IMG/VR virus record: IMGVR_UViG_3300021093_000004
Direction: 5' to 3' (one strand)
Length of the DNA stretch: 64,000 bases
DNA from: a virus
Lineage: Duplodnaviria > Caudoviricetes
Shown: positions 9,892 through 20,038 of the stretch, piece after piece
How positions within the stretch are numbered: position 1 is the stretch's first letter
Layout of the letters: each line of letters opens with the position of its first letter
The notes under the pieces: generated by a model
The model's input: only the letters and a program-made list of their open reading frames with translations
The model's database searches: none
What the model was told of the DNA's origin: nothing
Translations under genes and position numbers: made by a program

Positions 9892-11019
9892 TTGGAACAC
9901 AAACTCAGGATCAAAACGCTCTACGTGCACGTCAAAGAAACGGCGTCTCCACTACTCAAGCACATGCAGCAGGCCCACCCAGACTGCGAAGTGATTCCAG
10001 TCAAAGCGAACACTTACACCTGGGACCCCAAGCACGGCAACGTCAGTGGTGATTACAAGGACCATTTCCGCGAGAAATACAACAAAGCTGCCCTGCTACA
10101 CCGCGCCGCCAAGTGGACACCGGACCCCAACGGCAACTCAACGGATTTTCTACCAGGTCTGATGATGACTCAGGGCTGTGGTTTCGGTTGCACCTACTGC
10201 TACACCGAACGTCATTACGTCAACAATTACCCGAAGCTCTTCGCAGACGTGTACAACATCGTTGGGATGATTCAGTACACGATGGACAACATCAGCAGCC
10301 TACGGGATAAGATGTTGTCGCTCACACACCGAGATTTCGAGAGGTACCGAGACCCTCAGCATGGGGATTGGATTACGTTCGACCTGGGCTGCGATTCAGA
10401 CTGTGTTCTGGACAACCAGTTAACGGCACACGCAGGTTGGCACGGACACGTGGTCGATATCATGAATCGAGTGTCTCAAATCAATGGGGCCAAAACTTCG
10501 TTCGCGACGAAGTCCGCCGCATTTGACGATATCATCGCTGGCACCGTTCGACCCAGCCATCATCGCATCCGCTTGTCACTCATGCCTGAACACCACCGCA
10601 GGGTGCTGGAGATCAGCACCGCACCCACGATAGATCGTTTGTACGCCGTCAACAAGTTGGTGGCACACGGTTTTGAAGTGCACATCAACCTATCGCCCAT
10701 CGTGGTGACCGATAACCACGTCGAAGAATACCGAGATCTTCTCACGTTGATCGACAACACACTGACACCCCAAGCCAAAGCCCAGATGGCTTATGAAGTG
10801 ATCTACCTGACCCACACGGAAAAGCAGCTTTCGATGGTCGAAGCCTACGCACCGAAGGCCAATAACATGATGGTCCATGGGTCACTTCCCTTAGTACCAA
10901 AGCCCAATAAAAAACACGTATTGAGCTACTCATCTCAGGATAAAAAGTGGCTCAAGTCAAAGCTTCGCGACATGGTGGCCGAGATCACCCCGTATTCACG
11001 GATTCGTTACTGCTACTAA
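9892..11019 (+). CDS. Spore photoproduct lyase-family radical SAM protein
   Basis: GCGFGCTYCY (CxxxCxxC), FDLGCDSD, TKS, RIRLSLMP, INLSPIV resemble SplB-family motifs; motif at 9811 upstream. Confidence 0.7.
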   Translation: MEHKLRIKTLYVHVKETASPLLKHMQQAHPDCEVIPVKANTYTWDPKHGNVSGDYKDHFREKYNKAALLHRAAKWTPDPNGNSTDFLPGLMMTQGCGFGCTYCYTERHYVNNYPKLFADVYNIVGMIQYTMDNISSLRDKMLSLTHRDFERYRDPQHGDWITFDLGCDSDCVLDNQLTAHAGWHGHVVDIMNRVSQINGAKTSFATKSAAFDDIIAGTVRPSHHRIRLSLMPEHHRRVLEISTAPTIDRLYAVNKLVAHGFEVHINLSPIVVTDNHVEEYRDLLTLIDNTLTPQAKAQMAYEVIYLTHTEKQLSMVEAYAPKANNMMVHGSLPLVPKPNKKHVLSYSSQDKKWLKSKLRDMVAEITPYSRIRYCY

Positions 11020-11435
11020 AGCTTTGCGACCCTAAAGAAGCGATGGACCAACTACGATTTCCCATCAGAGGGTCTCATATCAGCATTGTTGTTCCTGCAA
11101 TTATCTTGGATAAAACTGAAAGGTAATCTATTCAAAAAAAGTTCAGACACGGAGAGTTTGATTTTAAGTGGATAGTTAGCCCGTTTTAGGAAGTCCAATG
11201 TTAAACGAAGATGACTCGAACCTAGGTTTACGCATCATTACGTTAGACGACGGTGAACTACATTCCGTTTATAAGTTGTCACAAATTCAGAGGGTGAATA
11301 CTCAAACTTGCTCTCCTCCTCAATGGGAAGCAATCGCACAACGAGAGCAGCTTCAGGCATGTCTTGAGTATAAAAAGGAGAAAGACTTCCTTTGGGGAGA
11401 TTCAGTAATTTCTGTGTGATGGTTCCTCGCCATAG

Positions 11436-11519
11436 AGAGCAGAAGTGTGGGCTCCAACCTACGACGACCTACTCGCTAGCGACTGGGAGGTTTTCGTGAG
11501 CTGGGTGGTCAAGAGTTAA
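11436..11519 (+). pseudogene. DUF2829 (Tad2-like) C-terminal remnant
   Basis: EVWAPTYDDLLASDWEV matches WxPxxxDxLAxDW; in-frame TAG 11433 and TAA 11406 upstream; stop inside TTAACC 11516. Confidence 0.45.
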
Positions 11520-11590
11520 CCGGGTCTTTCCCACTGCCACACTGTGGTATCGGGACAATCTAAACCGCTCTGTTGTTTGTGTCATTTCGT

Positions 11591-11621
11591 AGCCCGCAGG
11601 ATTTCCTGCGGGCTTTTTTTT
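11591..11621 (+). terminator. Intrinsic terminator
   Basis: AGCCCGCAGG-ATTT-CCTGCGGGCT followed by a T-run. Confidence 0.85.
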
Positions 11622-11637
11622 GTTTAAGGGTTAAATC

Positions 11638-11853
11638 ATGGCTAAGTACAAGTACAACACTATGCTCGACGTTGCGTTCTCAGTCGAGCATAGTTTTTCA
11701 AACGCAGAATCCTTATTGGATTCGGCGCAAGGTCGTCAAATGGTTCTTGCTGCGGTACTAAAACGCATAGCATTTTTGGTTGAAGAACCAAATGAAGCCT
11801 CAGAAGCTTTTGGAATTTGCGACACATACGACATTCCGGAGGAAAAGTCTTGA
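11638..11853 (+). CDS. Hypothetical protein
   Basis: AAGGG RBS, 71 aa. Confidence 0.6.
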   Translation: MAKYKYNTMLDVAFSVEHSFSNAESLLDSAQGRQMVLAAVLKRIAFLVEEPNEASEAFGICDTYDIPEEKS

Positions 11854-12437
11854 GTAGCGAAAAACCAAGAGCAGTAACCAAGGAGACGACCATGAGTGGC
11901 TATGGGGACGTTTCCAGGCAGGAAATCGTGGGCATACGAGTGTGCTCCTGGAAGAGCAACTAACCGAGTCCCCCGATCCTGCCACAAACGGGCAGAGACG
12001 GACACCAACCACTAACTCCAGGAGAACTGATGGTGAATGCCATATTAATACCATTTATGCGCTACAAGAATGGGAGAAAAGCGGTAAAAAAGGTATTGAA
12101 CCATTCTCATTATTCCAGGATTATGGCTCTTGCGTAGATGCTTCCGCAGCAGAAGGTGCGTTGCTGGAGGCCGAAGACTGCCTCCGCAAGTTGAAAGCAG
12201 CAACTGCTTCGTCGAACGTTGCAGCGGAAACGCGGCAGGGACGGTGGAGCGGGTGCCCGCACACAGTGACCACCTGGCTCTCAGGACCAAAGAGATCACG
12301 AACGTGGACACGGACCATCACAGGCTGATGACGGTCGCGGGGGAGGGGGTGCTGGTCCCACCCCTCCCCCTTTGATTAACCGAATCCCCGATACTCGCCA
12401 CAGGTGGATATCGGGAAACCAATTCGGAGAACCAAGA

Positions 12438-12668
12438 ATGACGACCAGACACCACGTGCTCGCGAAATCGGGGCACAAGGAACAGGCTGCTGACGTGCTC
12501 GTCAGCGACGCCACAGAATTCGGCAAACAACTCGCGAATCTCGCGACTGGCGGATGTACCGTCAGCATCGAGCCAATCGCCAAAGCCACCAAGACCACCC
12601 AAAATGGCGATCCCATTGTCTGGATCACCGAACACGACATGGCCGATGTGTTCTGCTGGCTGCTCTGA
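12438..12668 (+). CDS. Hypothetical protein
   Basis: Motif at 12376 and GGAGA RBS. Confidence 0.7.
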   Translation: MTTRHHVLAKSGHKEQAADVLVSDATEFGKQLANLATGGCTVSIEPIAKATKTTQNGDPIVWITEHDMADVFCWLL

Positions 12669-12738
12669 TTAACCGAATTCCCGATCCTGCCACAAACGGG
12701 TATCGGGGATTTTCGGGACCAGACAGGAGATCAAGACC

Positions 12739-13008
12739 ATGACCACGGAATTCGCCATCGCTATCGCGGGCAAGCAAGACAAGTGGGTTCCGGCCAACGG
12801 CGGAACCGAGACACCCTTCAAGAGCCGATCCGGAATCCGGATGCTCTACTGCTACAACCCGGCACTCGGACGCCACGAATACCTGAATGTGGACACCGAC
12901 ATCATCATGACGGATAGTGAAGTTCGTGCCGCCATCTCTCCCGAAAGAAGACAGAGCGGGGGTAAGTACGAAGAGCCGACGAAATGGGAATCTCGCCAGA
13001 GTCCCTAG
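12739..13008 (+). CDS. Hypothetical protein (conserved small phage family)
   Basis: WVPANGGTETPFKSRSGIRMLYCYNPALGRHEYLNVDTDII; motif at 12669 and AGGAG RBS. Confidence 0.75.
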   Translation: MTTEFAIAIAGKQDKWVPANGGTETPFKSRSGIRMLYCYNPALGRHEYLNVDTDIIMTDSEVRAAISPERRQSGGKYEEPTKWESRQSP

Positions 13009-13083
13009 CCGAGCCCGCTTAACCGGGCTGGCTGGCCTGCCACAAGGAAGTACCGAACCACAAACCATCACGAGGACCACGCG

Positions 13084-13266
13084 ATGCACACTCCGACCCA
13101 ACGCAAGCCCGACCAGAACCGCATTGTCGTCAAGGTCGACCCCACGAAGGTCGCACGAGGCCACCAAGCGCACGTCACCGGGGCTGGCGTCCACCACGAC
13201 AAGCGACTCCGACGGAACCGCACTCGCGGAAACCAAAACCGAGCCGCAATCCACGAGTGGAATTAA
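13084..13266 (+). CDS. Small basic protein (GHQAH...HHDKR)
   Basis: Motif at 13019 and GAGG RBS; stop inside TTAACC 13263; truncated paralogue at 18557-18709. Confidence 0.7.
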   Translation: MHTPTQRKPDQNRIVVKVDPTKVARGHQAHVTGAGVHHDKRLRRNRTRGNQNRAAIHEWN

Positions 13267-13644
13267 CCGGCTCACGAATCCCGCCACAAATGAGTACCGG
13301 GGATTGGCCCCGGTGCGACACCCCAAGGAGACCCGACAGTGAAAAGCTTCCCGGAGTACGTCTACGAACACTACTACCATATAGGATGGGTCGTCAAATA
13401 CGCTTGACGCACTGCTCGTCAAATCTGAGTGCCAATCCCGAAATTTCCCACACCCCCTCTTCCTGCAGGCCAACAAGACGCTGGTCGGCTAGCCGATTTT
13501 CTCGAACCCCCGGTGCTTGCCACAAAAAGGATCGGGGATTTTCGAAACGGAAACCCGAGACCAGGAGAAGGGGCCGATTAACCGCCTCTTTCTCCCTGCC
13601 ACAAAAGGGCATCGGGGATAGGACCAAAACCAAGGAGACACGAG

Positions 13645-13881
13645 ATGGACAAGCTTAAAGTGCGTGTTGCTCTCACGAGCGGGATCGGCATTCTGATCGA
13701 AGTACACGGCAACGAAACCGCGTTGGTTCTAGTAGAAGGGCAACAGGACGAGCTGGCAGCACGGCGAGCAGCATACGAGGCGATGTTCGGAGAGCCAACG
13801 CACGAAGAGGAACGCGCAACCGACGCGACGATCCGCGAATTCACGACGATCCGCGATGTTCATCGCATCAGTGCGTCTTAG
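13645..13881 (+). CDS. Hypothetical protein
   Basis: Motif at 13578 and AAGGAG RBS. Confidence 0.7.
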   Translation: MDKLKVRVALTSGIGILIEVHGNETALVLVEGQQDELAARRAAYEAMFGEPTHEEERATDATIREFTTIRDVHRISAS

Positions 13882-14077
13882 ACGACGAAGCATCGGCGAG
13901 CCTACTTCGCTTAACCGAGTCCCTTAACCGAGCCCCCGATGCTTGTCAAGGCATCGGGCCTCTGATCGATGCGAGATTGACCAAACCCCGGTGTTAACAC
14001 CAAAGAGCGGTTTAACCTCAACGCCCAGGCTGCCACAGAGGGGCAGAGACGGGCCAAACACTCTTAGGAGAGAAGCG

Positions 14078-14356
14078 ATGACCTTTGCAGAAACAACCTT
14101 TGCAGAAACACTAAACCAAAACGACTGCTCTTGTGGAGTCGAGGACGGAGTGTACTTCTTCCTCAGCGAAGGAGGAGCCAAGTCACCGACCGAAGTCGGT
14201 GACTACCGCCTCGCAGCAAGCTCGAGCTGCCCACCACCGTGGTGCTGGTCAGTGACGGAGACACAGTGGGGCCTCGTCGGCTTCGAGAAAAACACAGACA
14301 AGCGTGTCTGTGCTGTCTACGACGCCCAGACACGGCTCTGGGTCGACCTGAACTAA
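14078..14356 (+). CDS. Hypothetical protein
   Basis: Motif at 14012 and AGGAG RBS; 15-nt duplication gives MTFAETTFAET. Confidence 0.65.
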   Translation: MTFAETTFAETLNQNDCSCGVEDGVYFFLSEGGAKSPTEVGDYRLAASSSCPPPWCWSVTETQWGLVGFEKNTDKRVCAVYDAQTRLWVDLN

Positions 14357-14387
14357 CGTCACACCACAGAGACTACCACAGAGACTA

Positions 14388-14418
14388 CCCCGCACTTCGA
14401 AAGGAGTGCGGGGTTTTT
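14388..14418 (+). terminator. Intrinsic terminator
   Basis: CCCCGCACT-TCGAAAGG-AGTGCGGGG-TTTTT. Confidence 0.8.
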
Positions 14419-14437
14419 AGTTTGTATGTGGTAACAA

Positions 14438-14632
14438 TCACACACTTCCATCTCGTTCTCTGGCACTTCCCGCCGCAGTACGTGCGGCTGGAAGTGTTTT
14501 GTACGCTCTGCCACCTTGTTCCCACTTAGGGTTACGATACTCCGGTTTGAAGTACAACCCAGTTGAAATTCGGCGAACCTTGAAAAGCGTGTCACCTTGA
14601 AACGTACCACCTTGTGTTCGACGCAGGTTCAT
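14438..14632 (-). CDS. Hypothetical protein, paralogue of 4820-5053
   Basis: Shared 30-aa block; motif at 14726 upstream. Confidence 0.6.
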   Translation of the reverse strand: MNLRRTQGGTFQGDTLFKVRRISTGLYFKPEYRNPKWEQGGRAYKTLPAARTAAGSARERDGSV

Positions 14633-14846
14633 GAGTTTTATTCCTTTTGGTGGTAAGCGGCGTACAGAAGACTCACGGGCGTTTTCCTTGTTTGGGTTTT
14701 TAGGGGTTGGTTCGTCCTACCACTTTGTGGCAGTGGCGGTTCGTCGGTTAAGAGGGACGAGGACGAAGAGTAAGGGTTAACGAACCCTTTTTGTCTGCCA
14801 CAGGTGGGTGTTGAGACAACCACCCACCTTAAAAGGGAGAGAGACC

Positions 14847-15137
14847 TTGAAACTTGCAGAAAAGCTGAACCTTTACGGAGTGTTCTTCAACCTCACTAAA
14901 GAGGAGGGGGTGAGCCTCGAGTCTTGCCCAGAAGACGACTCGCTTTTCGATTCGGAAGGAAACGTGGTAGACAAGGCTTTCGAAACCTTCTTGGACGAGC
15001 TTGACACCTACAAAGCTTACGTGGACTACGACCCAAGAGACAGAAGGTGTGGGCTTGTCGTCTACGTAGAGACGGCCACGGAAAGAGCTTGGTACGACGA
15101 GTCTGGTGCGAGTGCCTGGGACGAGTGCGGGCTGTAA
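14847..15137 (+). CDS. Acidic hypothetical protein, intact paralogue of 7658-7939
   Basis: Motif at 14777 and GGGAG RBS before TTG. Confidence 0.7.
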   Translation: MKLAEKLNLYGVFFNLTKEEGVSLESCPEDDSLFDSEGNVVDKAFETFLDELDTYKAYVDYDPRDRRCGLVVYVETATERAWYDESGASAWDECGL

Positions 15138-15547
15138 GACAGTGAGACGAACAGCTGTAACACTGACGGCAGCTGCACCGTACTGTACTTCACAGAACGA
15201 GCCAGTGACTAGACACGCGGGAACGAGCGGACCGGGCAACCCCCGGTCCGCCGATCACCGCCTTTAACCGGCTGATCGCCGCCGCCACACGGTGGTATAG
15301 ACGAGACACACTCGTATGCCCACGATTTCCTGCCTGGAAACGTCAAAACAGGCCAACGCTCGCGGAGCTACAAACACTAGGCGGCGAACTCACCGTCGGG
15401 CGGTGGGACATCATACACGAAGCTTTAGAGGAAGAGATCGTCCTTTTGCAGGTCAGTGATTGGAACAAAGTATCCAGTGGTGGGAGCTTGCGGGCTTGCT
15501 GCGGGAGGGGGGATGGCATACCCAATCCCCCCGCCACACGCCGCATG

Positions 15548-15967
15548 TCACATATCGTTTTCAGCGAACACCCACACCCCATCGGGCAGATCGGTGTCGC
15601 ACTCATCGCCACACAAATTCGCGAGCCCCCCGAGGCTTCGCAGAATGCTTTCCTCTGGCCAAAACCCAGAGGCGACACGGTAGTACGTGTCAAAATCGTA
15701 GCCTTCGACAGAATACCTTGGTAAGCCAAAAGAACGGCGGTTGGCGATGACGATACTGACAGCCAGACCGCTTTTCTCAGCAGCGAACAGGCGTAATGCC
15801 TGTTTTGCCAGTTCCTCGGTGGCGAAATTCGCCACGTTTGCGTTCTCCGGGGCATTTCCGTTGACGTCGAACACTACCGACCAGCATTGTGTCAAAACAA
15901 CCGTCTTTGTGCTTTCGTTGAGGCTGTGGCCACAACGAAGGTCGTCTGCGTCGAAAATCGGTGTCAT
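15548..15967 (-). CDS. Hypothetical protein
   Basis: Motif at 16024, leader hairpin and AGGAG RBS. Confidence 0.6.
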   Translation of the reverse strand: MTPIFDADDLRCGHSLNESTKTVVLTQCWSVVFDVNGNAPENANVANFATEELAKQALRLFAAEKSGLAVSIVIANRRSFGLPRYSVEGYDFDTYYRVASGFWPEESILRSLGGLANLCGDECDTDLPDGVWVFAENDM

Positions 15968-16143
15968 TGGTTCTCCTGGTTTGGGTTTTGGTCGTCTCGG
16001 GATCACTCGTCCCGATACGCACCTGTGGCAGGAGCTAACACTTGGTTAACGAAAGCCGACCGAGGATGGCGAGGATTAACCGAGACCGACGGGCTGCCAC
16101 AGAAGGGTGTGACCCAACCCAGCACCAACCAGGAGACCAACCG

Positions 16144-16425
16144 ATGCTCACGATCAGCCGAATAACACTCTGGGAGATTTTGTCCGGTGACGGCGACGCC
16201 GCCGATCAAGAGACGGTTAACGCGGTAGAAGCGCTCGACCTCAAGCTCGTCGTCGCGGACTTCGAGCTAAGCGCGCACCACATCGGCGGCGACTACGTCG
16301 TGGGTGTTGTCGATGATGTGCTCGTAGCCCAAAAAGCGGGCTACAGGATCGTCACGTGGTACGGGCCGAAGACCGAGGTTCTCGTTGTCGGGGTCCGAGA
16401 GGGCGACCTTAACCTCGTGGACTGA
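16144..16425 (+). CDS. Acidic hypothetical protein, paralogue of 22646-22939
   Basis: Shared MLTIS...HIGGDxVVG.VDxVL.AQKxGYxIVTWYGP..EVLV.GVREGDLNLV. Confidence 0.8.
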   Translation: MLTISRITLWEILSGDGDAADQETVNAVEALDLKLVVADFELSAHHIGGDYVVGVVDDVLVAQKAGYRIVTWYGPKTEVLVVGVREGDLNLVD

Positions 16426-16845
16426 ACTGCCACAAAGGATCATCGGGGGGTCAGCCACAAACGTAAAAGATGACGTTGTGTTGGCGATGCTGCGTTTGAT
16501 TTGGCTGACCCTCGCCTCACGACCGCAGACGGTATTTCCAGACAGGAAACACACCCCCTCTTCCTGCACGTACGTACGAGAGTCCGGGTCAAGTAATTCT
16601 TGGTGTATTAACTGATCGCCGACGGCACATGAAACAGCCGGACGAGGAGAACCCTTGCCCGGCTGTTTCTAGGAATTGACGGAAAGTTTTTTGACGCAGA
16701 TAGAGACGGTCAGCCGCATGTCCCCGAACAACTGATCCACTGCCCGGAGATTAACCGGACGATCCTACCTGCCACAAAGAGGTAGCACCGTATCTCTCCT
16801 GTGTGTGACAAAGGGACTGTGGCAAAAGGAGGGGGAGGGGTTAAC

Positions 16846-17163
16846 CTACTCCCGCCCCCAAAGGTATCGGTCGTAGAAATCTGCGAATTCGCCGAATGAC
16901 GAGAACGTCCAGTGCTCGTCGTAGCCCGCGTCTATTTCTTCATACAGCTGGCATTCGAAGTGGAGTTTGTCGTTCTCGACGTAGATCTTGCCGAGCACCC
17001 CGCTTCCGGGGTTTCGGTCCCCGTCGCTGGGCGCGTCATACGGTGCACTGCTGTTGACGGTGAACCGTCCACCGTGCTCTTCGTACCAATAACCATTATT
17101 CTCAAAGTATGCTTTCAGGTCTGCAGTCCAGCCGGTCTCGCGGTCCCAGTATTGCGTCGTCAT
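16846..17163 (-). CDS. Acidic aromatic-rich hypothetical protein
   Basis: Motif at 17228 and AGGAG RBS before ATG 17163. Confidence 0.7.
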   Translation of the reverse strand: MTTQYWDRETGWTADLKAYFENNGYWYEEHGGRFTVNSSAPYDAPSDGDRNPGSGVLGKIYVENDKLHFECQLYEEIDAGYDEHWTFSSFGEFADFYDRYLWGRE

Positions 17164-17568
17164 TTGCGGTTCTCCTGATTGTCTCGGGTTCGGTCCTGTC
17201 TCGGGATCACTCGTCCCGATACGCACCTGTGGCAGAAGGAAAAGGGCGGTTAACCGAACGAGCTAAACCGGTGTTCGCCGTGCAGGCCAGCCACCACAAC
17301 AGAGCCGTTGTCCAGCTTGACCGTAAGCCAGCCCCAAACACCGGCACTCTTTTCGACGTCAATGCCAGGACCTTCCCAGGGGACATAGTGGTCATCCAGC
17401 ATGTCGGCGATCTGAGCCCTCAGCACAGCGTGCTCAGACGCATGATCAACGGCAACCTTGTAGTAATCGTGTCCCATCTTGCGGTTCTCCTGATTGTCTC
17501 GGGTTCGGTCCTGTCTCGGGATCACTCGTCCCGATACGCACCTGTGGCAGAAGGAAAAGGGCGGTTAA
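17164..17568. repeat. Two identical 90-bp direct repeats (17164-17253, 17479-17568) flanking one gene
   Basis: RBS + leader + motif; both copies end at GGTTAA; period 315 bp. Confidence 0.9.
17250..17477 (-). CDS. Hypothetical protein between the 90-bp repeats
   Basis: Motif at 17543 and RBS; MGHDYYKVAVDH... Confidence 0.7.
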   Translation of the reverse strand: MGHDYYKVAVDHASEHAVLRAQIADMLDDHYVPWEGPGIDVEKSAGVWGWLTVKLDNGSVVVAGLHGEHRFSSFG

Positions 17569-17811
17569 TCCGCCCCCGCCCTCTTCGCTGCGGTTAACCG
17601 GGGGTCTTCCGCTGCCACATTTTGGTACGATGGGGCCAAGACACTCAGGAGACAAGACAATGCCACGAGTGACCACCGCAGCGGGCTTGACATTGTACTG
17701 CCCGCCACGGTCCTGCACCACGTACGAGGGCCGTTAGGAAAAGATATTACGATACACCCACAGGAGAAACAGAATTCACCCGTTTTATGGCCCTGCCACA
17801 GAAATTAACGA

Positions 17812-18189
17812 ATGGTTCGACATTTGACACTTTCGGAGAAAATAGTTATGGCCCGCAACCACGTGAATCCAAAAAGCATCGCGCAGATGATCACCGAGGA
17901 TCCCGACGTTCCAGGATCGCCAAGTGTGAATGAATTCAGTCGCCGAATGCCCGAACTCGTCCACGTGTCGTTGGAAATGAACACGCTCAACAAGGACGGC
18001 AACACCGTTACCCTATACTTCGACGGTGAGCCGACCCTCGAACAGGTCCGGGAAGCGTGCCAGACCGAACTCGGCAGCTTACCCCTTGGCGTGGACACCA
18101 AAGACCAGTACTTTGGTTTCGAAGAGCACCCGACACCCGTCAGCGAGCGGGCTGGGCTTCGCCGCTACGAGGTTTACCCGACTGTTTAG
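17812..18189 (+). CDS. Hypothetical protein
   Basis: Variant motif at 17775; start may be ATG 17848 after GGAGA. Confidence 0.6.
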   Translation: MVRHLTLSEKIVMARNHVNPKSIAQMITEDPDVPGSPSVNEFSRRMPELVHVSLEMNTLNKDGNTVTLYFDGEPTLEQVREACQTELGSLPLGVDTKDQYFGFEEHPTPVSERAGLRRYEVYPTV

Positions 18190-18410
18190 TTAAATGGATC
18201 ATTATCTAACACGCCACGAGCGAAGTCTAAGGCTTTCTGATCGTCATCTTCGCCACGGGCGTAGGGGTCATGGAGGATGATGACCACTGTCCCTCCCCAT
18301 ACTTCCATGTGGCTTCCGCTGAAAGCGCGACCACGAACTAGCTTCTTGTTCTCGACATACTCGTCGTAGAAGAGATGAAACCAGTCGTGTACCTGCTGCC
18401 AAGGAAGCAC
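18186..18410 (-). CDS. Hypothetical protein or gene fragment
   Basis: 74-aa ORF with no clear leader. Confidence 0.4.
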   Translation of the reverse strand: MLPWQQVHDWFHLFYDEYVENKKLVRGRAFSGSHMEVWGGTVVIILHDPYARGEDDDQKALDFARGVLDNDPFN

Positions 18411-18556
18411 GATTCGAGGCGCATGCCGGGCGATGGCTGTTGGCCGATAAATGGGCCATTCTTGCCATTGGCTTCAGTGCTGACGATATGGCCGAAGCAC
18501 GCGACGATATCAAAAGAAGGACCTAACCGGTGGTGGCTGACTGCCACATAAGAGTA

Positions 18557-18709
18557 CAAGACCGCATTGTCATCCGTGTGGCCGATATCAAGGTCGCACG
18601 GGGTCACCAAGCCCACATCACGGGGACGGGTGTCCACCACGACAAGCGGACCAAGCGGAACCGCACACGCGGAAACCAGAACCGAGCCGCCATCCGCGAG
18701 TGGTGTTAA
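18557..18709 (+). pseudogene. 5'-truncated paralogue of 13084-13266 fused directly to motif 18523
   Basis: RIVIRVADIKVARGHQAHITGTGVHHDKRTKRNRTRGNQNRAAIREWC; no ATG or RBS; stop inside TTAACC 18706. Confidence 0.7.
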
Positions 18710-18777
18710 CCGGCTGAGCGGCTTTGCCACATAGTGGTATCGGGGATTCAAGACCAATCAAGACTAGGAGACCAACA

Positions 18778-18966
18778 ATGAAAGCGAGCTACTCTCTCGA
18801 CCAGTTTGACATTGAGGCCGCTGCCGAAGGCAAGGCCATCCGCCAGTTTCGGCACGATTTTTCGGTGGCGCGCCCCACGACGCGGGCCAAGGCCAAGCGG
18901 CGAGTCGTTCGCAGCAAGATCGGGGCTGACCGCCATCGCGGGCTGACCCTCGTCAAAGCTGGCTAG
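18778..18966 (+). CDS. Small basic protein, paralogue of 8084-8272
   Basis: Motif at 18706 and AGGAG RBS. Confidence 0.75.
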   Translation: MKASYSLDQFDIEAAAEGKAIRQFRHDFSVARPTTRAKAKRRVVRSKIGADRHRGLTLVKAG

Positions 18967-18976
18967 GCAAACAAGC

Positions 18977-19007
18977 GGGCCGGTCGGAAGTCCCGACCGG
19001 CCCCTCT
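18977..19007 (+). terminator. GC hairpin, terminator-like
   Basis: GGGCCGGTCGG / CCGACCGGCCC then CTCTTT and TTAACC. Confidence 0.6.
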
Positions 19008-19049
19008 TTAACCGCGATCGCAGGGGGCAGCTTTTCCAGAGAGGAAAGC

Positions 19050-19349
19050 CTACTCCTCGTCACCGTAGTAGGAGTAGTCGGCTACGTCAGAGTAAACAGT
19101 TGCTGCTTTCAACTTGCGGAGGCAGTCTTCGGCCTCCAGCAACGCACGCCGTCGTTCGTTCACCAAAATCTCGACGAAATCCACAGCGTCGTCCTTGGTT
19201 GTCAAGCGAGCCAAGGTGAGTCCGAAGCTCTCGGGACGGTAGTGGGCTTTCCAATGTAGTTCGTAGTCGTGCTTGACCTCACCACCGTCAGAGAACTCGA
19301 AGACGTGTGTTTCCGGTGCGTACCCGCCCCTGTCACCATTTCAGCCCAT
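19050..19349 (-). pseudogene. Hypothetical gene with in-frame TGA at codon 3
   Basis: MG*NGDRGGYAPETHVFEF...ALLEAEDCLRKLKAATVYSDVADYSYYGDEE; shares 50 nt with 12157-12206. Confidence 0.55.
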
Positions 19350-19358
19350 GTCAGAATT

Positions 19359-19508
19359 TCAACCTGACACCATCTTTTCGAGCATGGCCACGATTGGTGC
19401 GAGCATCTCACCTAGACTGTCATCCTGCCCATCGATCAGACCGTTAAGAGTCTGGATATGTTCGATCAGCTCTTGTTTGGGTGCGTCGGACTCGACCTTA
19501 GTGCTCAT
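19359..19508 (-). CDS. Hypothetical 49-aa protein
   Basis: Motif at 19551 and GAGG RBS. Confidence 0.55.
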   Translation of the reverse strand: MSTKVESDAPKQELIEHIQTLNGLIDGQDDSLGEMLAPIVAMLEKMVSG

Positions 19509-19619
19509 GGGTATCCTCGCTGGTTGGTTGGTTGGTTCGTCCTACCACTTTGTGGCAACAGCGGTCAGTCGGTTAAGAGAGGGAGGGGTGAGACCAGCAC
19601 CCCTCCCAGGGCCAAGAGC

Positions 19620-19940
19620 TCACAGCGGTTCTGGCTGCTCTTCGAGTAGTTCACACTCGGTCACGAGTGCAAGCAGGTCACTCTCGTTGTTGACGCGGAC
19701 GCGGACGGCGTAGTCTTCGTGGCCTGGACCTACGTTCCGCAGGAAGCTGTCTAGGACCTTCGCGTGTCTTTCCACGAAGTCTAGGCCCCAGCCTCGTCCG
19801 TCTTGGGCGTCGCAGCAGTCGAGGAACACTTCCACCGGGTAGTTGGTGAACCGTTGTTCGTCTTCGGGGGTGTGGTTCGGGAAGTCAGGTCCGCACCACC
19901 AAACTTCGTTTCCGTGCGTGAACAGGCCGTAAGTTACCAC
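19620..19940 (-). CDS. Hypothetical acidic protein
   Basis: AGGAG RBS before GTG 19940. Confidence 0.65.
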   Translation of the reverse strand: MVTYGLFTHGNEVWWCGPDFPNHTPEDEQRFTNYPVEVFLDCCDAQDGRGWGLDFVERHAKVLDSFLRNVGPGHEDYAVRVRVNNESDLLALVTECELLEEQPEPL

Positions 19941-19966
19941 TGTTGGTCTCCTGAAAGGTGGTAGAG

Positions 19967-20038
19967 TGGCTTGCGGTTGTCGCTCGCCTTCTCTTTTTTG
20001 TGGCTTGCGGTTGTCGCTCGCCTTCTCTTTTTGTGGCA
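19967..20038. repeat. About 34-bp tandem duplication joined at TGTGGC
   Basis: TGGCTTGCGGTTGTCGCTCGCCTTCTCTTTTT(T)G x2. Confidence 0.85.
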
